From Minisyncoccota bacterium (GTDB taxonomy: Bacteria; Patescibacteriota; Minisyncoccia; Moranbacterales; UBA1568), in NCBI GenBank assembly GCA_051306005.1, contig JBPPMJ010000003.1:409144-473143 (forward strand): a DNA stretch of 64,000 bases. The letters run 5' to 3'. The notes under the pieces are model-generated. The model was given only the letters and a program-made list of their open reading frames with translations, was not told the origin of the DNA and did not search any database. A program made the translations under genes and the position numbers. Of this stretch, positions 59,933-64,000 are shown one piece after another; within the stretch, counting starts at the first letter, position 1; each line of letters starts with the position of its first letter.

Positions 59933-60861
59933 ACAGCGTATCTTTCCAAGATATCTACTTTAATTTCTCGTAACAGTTTTGGATGGTCTTTTAGACTACA
60001 GAAATCTACAACTACATGTTTCAGATATTCTTGATCGTACTCATAGGTACTGAGCTTTATCTTATCTTGTTCTAAAACAGTCCGAACAAGATTGACTACC
60101 TCATTAAAACTATGAATAATTGGTTTTTTGAGCCCCTTACTAGCGAAGTAGCTTTTTCTAGCTAGTAATCTACCGTCCTCAACACTTTTGGTCAAATATT
60201 TGCATAGATACTTAATCAGACCAGACTCACTTCTTACCGACTCCACCTGAGCAGTTCCCTCGCCGACACCTTTGCGCCATTCGTCTCGCATTTTGTCATA
60301 GATCCTGTCTATCCAGGGCAGATTGAAGAAAATGACATGGTAATGAATTGCTCCACGATTCTGAAATTCTACGACTGCTAAATATTTCAGAAATGTCATT
60401 TTGCCTCGAATATCGTAGCCCAATCTACGGATGAAATTGGTGAATTCATTGTGAGCGTACGTTAGATCGGTGACATTTTCCCGAAAAGTAAAAGTGATGA
60501 AAATCGGTAGATAGGGTTGGCCACCTCGCTTATACCATTGCCATGCATTACAAAGAATAAGATCTGTAATGGTATTTTTAGCTCGCTTCATACTCTTCAG
60601 ACGTATTTCTTTTGGAGTCAGTTTTTCCTTATCAACTTTTTCGGTATCACCACTTTTTCTAATTCTACTTCGTTTGCCAATCATACGATCACGTTCATAG
60701 TGGGATAGCTCCAAGTAGAAACCACAAAGCTTTACTCGTTGATTAGAAAAATATACGGTCGATTCACAATTATCAAAACTTTGAGGGATGTCCGGATTGA
60801 GCATAAGGAATGAAAGAGTAGCTATCGCATTAAGTGATGCTTTAAATAAATATAACGACAA
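59929..60861 (-). CDS. rolling-circle replication initiator (HUH endonuclease, two-Tyr superfamily)
   Basis: Motif 1 FITFTF, motif 2 HYHVIFF (HUH), and motif 3 KYLCKYLTK (YxxKYxxK). Its stop overlaps the recombinase start (ATGA). The ORF-track start is a TTG at 60861, and the first ATG is at 60804. Confidence 0.75.
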   Translation of the reverse strand: MSLYLFKASLNAIATLSFLMLNPDIPQSFDNCESTVYFSNQRVKLCGFYLELSHYERDRMIGKRSRIRKSGDTEKVDKEKLTPKEIRLKSMKRAKNTITDLILCNAWQWYKRGGQPYLPIFITFTFRENVTDLTYAHNEFTNFIRRLGYDIRGKMTFLKYLAVVEFQNRGAIHYHVIFFNLPWIDRIYDKMRDEWRKGVGEGTAQVESVRSESGLIKYLCKYLTKSVEDGRLLARKSYFASKGLKKPIIHSFNEVVNLVRTVLEQDKIKLSTYEYDQEYLKHVVVDFCSLKDHPKLLREIKVDILERYAV

Positions 60862-60908
60862 GAGGCAGACGTCTACCGCTAAGGCGGTAGCCGATCTGCC
60901 TGCTTGTC
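60857..60908. repeat. imperfect 23-25 bp inverted repeat with a taag loop at the 5' end of rep (candidate dso or recombination site)
   Basis: GACAAGAGGCAGACGTCTACCGC taag GCGGTAGCCGATCTGCCTGCTTGTC, with about 18 of 23 positions paired. Confidence 0.6.
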
Positions 60909-61070
60909 AAAAGCATTTATGAAATCAGCCAAAGAATCTAGATACTCATCGGCTTCATCATCCGAGATAGTCAAAGCACAGCGTTTTTGAAAATACGCTT
61001 TACATCGATCTCTTAATTCTTGGCTGAACCGTTGCTTCATTTCCCAGAGAATAATAATTCTGGGAAACAA
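60879..61070 (-). CDS. small ORF upstream of rep (possible Cop/regulator)
   Basis: 63 aa, at the position of copy-control proteins in RCR replicons. An 8-bp perfect hairpin spans its start. Confidence 0.35.
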   Translation of the reverse strand: MFPRIIILWEMKQRFSQELRDRCKAYFQKRCALTISDDEADEYLDSLADFINAFDKQADRLPP

Positions 61071-61102
61071 AAAAACCGACCATTAAATTGAGTCGGTTTT
61101 TG
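61069..61102. terminator. bidirectional rho-independent terminator
   Basis: aaaaa-aaccgac-(11 nt loop)-gtcggtt-ttt. Confidence 0.65.
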
Positions 61103-61347
61103 GGCATTAAAACCATTTAAGGATACACAAAGAGGACTCAACCTAAATAAGGTTTTCCCAAAGCGCAAAGTGTTGCCTCAAATAATTTCAATTATGATGG
61201 TGACCTCGTAGGGCTCATTTTTCCACCTTTGATCCAGGTCGTTGGCGAGACGATAAATATAATATATGTAAATTTTCGGGATTTACTCGGTTTTTAAGTT
61301 TCCAAAGCAAAACTATACCTATATCCAATTTTTGTCAGGAAGCACCT

Positions 61348-61668
61348 CTAACGGAATGGATCGTACATCTCGTTCGTGTATCTTCCATCGTGACCATCAT
61401 CTGGTGGTGATCCAGCAGGGATAATACCGAAAAAACCCAACCACATAACAATAAATCCAATAACAAATAAGATACCCAAGAGGGTTGTAAAAACTTTCCA
61501 AGGCAGTTTAAGACTACCAAGAATTGAGGCTAGAACCTTATCAAACTTTGATGAAGTTGGAGTTATTCTAATAAGATCGTCGTAATGATACCAAGTAAAC
61601 ACTACAATCAATACTAGTATTATTAAACCCCATTGTTCCAGTCCATTCATATATTCCAAATACCACAC
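61348..61668 (-). CDS. small 2-TM membrane protein (element cargo)
   Basis: 106 aa with two hydrophobic helices and a Gly/Asp-rich C-terminus. Confidence 0.45.
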   Translation of the reverse strand: MWYLEYMNGLEQWGLIILVLIVVFTWYHYDDLIRITPTSSKFDKVLASILGSLKLPWKVFTTLLGILFVIGFIVMWLGFFGIIPAGSPPDDGHDGRYTNEMYDPFR

Positions 61669-61692
61669 ATAGCGAAAACTATGGTTTAGGCC

Positions 61693-61698
61693 TATAAT
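61693..61698 (+). promoter_or_regulatory. TATAAT -10 box upstream of the cargo operon
   Basis: cctataat at 61691-98. Confidence 0.3.
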
Positions 61699-61738
61699 TC
61701 AGTTGTTAATGTTTAGTATATCATGGGGTAGAAATATT

Positions 61739-62329
61739 ATGTTAATAGTATGTAATATAGAAAATCTGATCCAGGCTATTTCGAACATTGTTACAGTTTT
61801 GGCTACAATTGCGGGTATTTTTCTTGCGATAAAGGGGTTTAGCACATGGAAGGACCAGCTAAGAGGCAAGACCGATTACGAACTAGCAAGAAGATATTTA
61901 AGAGCTATCTATAAGGTTCGAGACGCAATAAAATTTGTCAGGAACCCATTTATACCCGTAGAAGAAATGGGTGTGGCACTTAAGCAAAGCGGAAAGACAC
62001 AAGAGGATGATAGCCGAGAAACTACAAGAATGGTTTATAATCTTCGTTGGAAAAAAGTTAATGAAGCCGAATCTGATCTCAGAGTAGAATTATTAGAGGC
62101 AGAAGTTTCTTGGGGCCAAGAAGCATTAGATGTCGAAAAAGATTTTCATGCATGTGTAATTAAAATTTATGTTGCCCTAAAAATGTATCTAGATTTTGAT
62201 AATTCCTCTGAAAGAAGAAAAGAGGATAAGGAATTAATTTACGATCAAGGAGAGAATGACAAGTTCAATAAAGAGCTCGATAGTGCAATCAAAAAAATTG
62301 AGAAGTATCTTGCGCCACATCTAAAATAA
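61739..62329 (+). CDS. hypothetical protein with an N-terminal TM and a helical cytoplasmic domain (cargo gene A)
   Basis: TM IVTVLATIAGIFLAI followed by a charged helical domain. The ATG at 61739 is used. The ORF track starts at a TTG at 61703. Confidence 0.5.
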   Translation: MLIVCNIENLIQAISNIVTVLATIAGIFLAIKGFSTWKDQLRGKTDYELARRYLRAIYKVRDAIKFVRNPFIPVEEMGVALKQSGKTQEDDSRETTRMVYNLRWKKVNEAESDLRVELLEAEVSWGQEALDVEKDFHACVIKIYVALKMYLDFDNSSERRKEDKELIYDQGENDKFNKELDSAIKKIEKYLAPHLK

Positions 62330-62374
62330 ACGAGTGCAATTAGAACAGTTAAAGCTTCTTAGTTTGGAAAATAT

Positions 62375-63154
62375 ATGAGTGAATTTACTAAAAAAACTAC
62401 CCGGGAAGTTATCCAAAGCAATAGAATTGCAATAAAGAGTGATCGACCAAAAAAAGCACTGCAGAACAATCCAAACCTATTAAATGAAGAGCAAAAATAT
62501 GCAGAAGTAGAGATCAATAATATTCTCGTAGATATAACTGGACAATACTCCGAGTTAGTACCTTATATAAAAAGATTAAAAAATTTCGTACCAGATATAA
62601 CAGAAGAGACTCATTATTGTGCGGTTTACTTATTATTTTGCCAATCTGCGACCTACTGGGATTCAATTTTTTTACTAGCCAAAAATGGAAATAGCTCTGC
62701 TATTCAAGTAATCACGAGAACAATAAAAGAAGCTTTTGCACTAACCGAACTGTTTTCTTTGGAATTTTACGAAGGTAAAAATGAACATTTATTAAAATGG
62801 TTTTCTGGTGAAATAATCAGTAACGGTGCCCATCGAAGAGCAATGAATGAATTTTTCGAAAAAACACAAAGTGGCGCTACTATTTTAGAGGAGATGTCGA
62901 GAGATTTATATAGAATGGAATCTCATTCTATACATGTAGCATACACCTCCGTATTGGAATGTATCAGTCCGTTTACAGAAGATTTTGATTTTGAAAAATT
63001 TACCCGATTTAGACGAACGAGCTATAATTTAGGTTATGTGAAGGGTGCTATGGATGGGACAAATATTGCTCTAAAATTTGCATATAAATTTCTACTACGA
63101 GACCTAGAGAGTTACGATCAACTTGAAAAAATACTGATCAAATATGAGAAATAA
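62375..63154 (+). CDS. hypothetical all-helical cytoplasmic protein (cargo gene B)
   Basis: 259 aa with no recognisable catalytic motif. The R/H-containing stretches (GAHRRAMNEF and RDLYRMESHSIH) are at best a weak HEPN/Abi-like hint. Confidence 0.5.
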   Translation: MSEFTKKTTREVIQSNRIAIKSDRPKKALQNNPNLLNEEQKYAEVEINNILVDITGQYSELVPYIKRLKNFVPDITEETHYCAVYLLFCQSATYWDSIFLLAKNGNSSAIQVITRTIKEAFALTELFSLEFYEGKNEHLLKWFSGEIISNGAHRRAMNEFFEKTQSGATILEEMSRDLYRMESHSIHVAYTSVLECISPFTEDFDFEKFTRFRRTSYNLGYVKGAMDGTNIALKFAYKFLLRDLESYDQLEKILIKYEK

Positions 63155-63596
63155 TCAAATAAGTAAGAATGGACTAAGTGAAGGAAATCAAAACTTTATT
63201 GTGATTTTGGTTTTGGTCTTCTTACTAGTCTTTGGACCCATAGAACCATTTGGACTGGCTATTCGATTTGCATATTTGATTATCATTCCAATACTAGCTC
63301 TATTGGTATTGCGACATTTGGGGCAAAAATGCAACATGGATAAGCTATCAAATGATCGATTAAATCGAGCACTTTTGTCTGGGATAGCAGGGGCTCTTTT
63401 AGTCGGCGCATACCTTTCATATACGGCGAGTAGCCATACCGAGTGCGACCAATATGTTCAAACTAGAGAGGGAGAAGAGTGTGTTGGCGACTATATAACA
63501 GTAAAAGGGCCCGACAAAGGGAGTGCATTAATTCAAATCTTGTTCGCTGGAATAGCGATTTGGTACGCTGTTGCAAAGAGACCCGAAAGAGACTAA
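63144..63596 (+). CDS. small polytopic membrane protein (cargo gene C)
   Basis: 150 aa with 3-4 TM helices and a Cys-containing extracytoplasmic tail. It overlaps gene B by 11 nt. Confidence 0.5.
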   Translation: MRNNQISKNGLSEGNQNFIVILVLVFLLVFGPIEPFGLAIRFAYLIIIPILALLVLRHLGQKCNMDKLSNDRLNRALLSGIAGALLVGAYLSYTASSHTECDQYVQTREGEECVGDYITVKGPDKGSALIQILFAGIAIWYAVAKRPERD

Positions 63597-63631
63597 ATAA
63601 GTTCCAGCTTCGTCCCAGAGCCTCAAAACCA

Positions 63632-63666
63632 TAAAAAAGAACCCCAGAATAAAGGGGTTCTTTTTA
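63632..63666. terminator. bidirectional rho-independent terminator
   Basis: aaaaaa-gaacccc-agaataaa-ggggttc-ttttta. Confidence 0.8.
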
Positions 63667-63675
63667 TGTCTGCTG

Positions 63676-64000
63676 TTATCGAAGCTCGTACTTGATTTTC
63701 ATTCCAGCTGTGTCCCAAAAAGATTTCATCTTTCCGAGTTTCGTGGGCGTACCAGCATCATGCATCCAATCAGCAAGTGTTTCTGCGTAAACCTTTGAAA
63801 CTTTCTTGAGAGCATCTTCAGGACTAGCTGTAAACGACGCTTCCGTATCCACTTTGACGTACATTCTCAAAGGGGAAAGCAATGGATAAATAAAGGCTAT
63901 CGGAATCTTATAAGGCACTGACCTTTCAATGAAAGGAAGCTCATCCCCATCCTTTTTTCTGCTCTTCCGGACTGAATCCAGATCTTGTATAGCTTTCACC
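63676..64000 (-). CDS. hypothetical protein, probably 5'-truncated by the window edge
   Basis: ORF open to the edge. The apparent start at 63999 is a GTG. Confidence 0.3.
   Translation of the reverse strand, partial: VKAIQDLDSVRKSRKKDGDELPFIERSVPYKIPIAFIYPLLSPLRMYVKVDTEASFTASPEDALKKVSKVYAETLADWMHDAGTPTKLGKMKSFWDTAGMKIKYELR

Larger units (their letters stand above)
58481..63670. mobile_element. integrated element (serine recombinase + rolling-circle Rep + cargo) inserted 3' of tRNA-Gln; right boundary uncertain
   Basis: It abuts the tRNA 3' end. It carries a recombinase, an HUH Rep, a Cop-like small ORF and a palindromic origin candidate. The cargo at 61.1-63.6 kb is AT-rich relative to the flanks, and a bidirectional terminator lies at 63632-63666. 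Confidence 0.6.

Noticed and set aside
1-64000. CRISPR arrays, rRNA genes, IS elements with terminal inverted repeats
   Set aside because: No regularly spaced direct repeats, no transposase-like ORFs and no rRNA-like conserved stretches were seen. The only mobile DNA recognised is the Rep/recombinase element.

Overview
This 64 kb window is gene-dense, about 40-45% GC, and reads like a reduced genome with a Patescibacteria/CPR-like or similarly streamlined gene set. Most of it is housekeeping genes packed into long minus-strand polycistrons, with many 1-14 nt start/stop overlaps including ATGA junctions. Recognisable genes are scpA-scpB-dacC-mraY-pgk-eno, a PfkB kinase, an ftsA-like gene, alaS-rplU, and the hrcA-grpE-dnaK heat-shock operon. 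Also present are clpB, proS, pyrH, cysS-dnaB-recR, rpmA, pyrG, rplI, two htrA homologues, a prsA-like PPIase, ftsB, dnaX and tRNA-Gln(UUG). Two perfect or near-perfect CIRCE operators sit upstream of hrcA and clpB. Three promoters share a TTGACA-N16-TGcTATA(A/C)T architecture, and several clean rho-independent terminators are visible. The accessory content is the more interesting part. (1) An integrated element is inserted immediately 3' of tRNA-Gln. It carries a large serine recombinase, a rolling-circle HUH Rep, a small Cop-like ORF and an origin-like palindrome. Its AT-rich cargo of four uncharacterised genes, three of them membrane proteins, is a candidate novel defence or abortive-infection cassette. 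(2) A cytoplasmic VirD4/TraD-like coupling ATPase with a C-terminal zinc ribbon is paired with a separate membrane partner, and no other T4SS genes are nearby. (3) A membrane-anchored double-AAA+ Clp-like unfoldase sits divergent from an operon of GT-C-like membrane proteins. (4) A catalytically dead HtrA paralogue is present. (5) An actin-like FtsA homologue is translationally coupled to a 652-aa bitopic membrane protein where ftsZ would normally lie. (6) One protein fuses sigma-70 region 4 to a HARE-HTH domain. No CRISPR array or rRNA gene was seen. All protein assignments rest on motifs I read directly in the translations, because no database search was possible.
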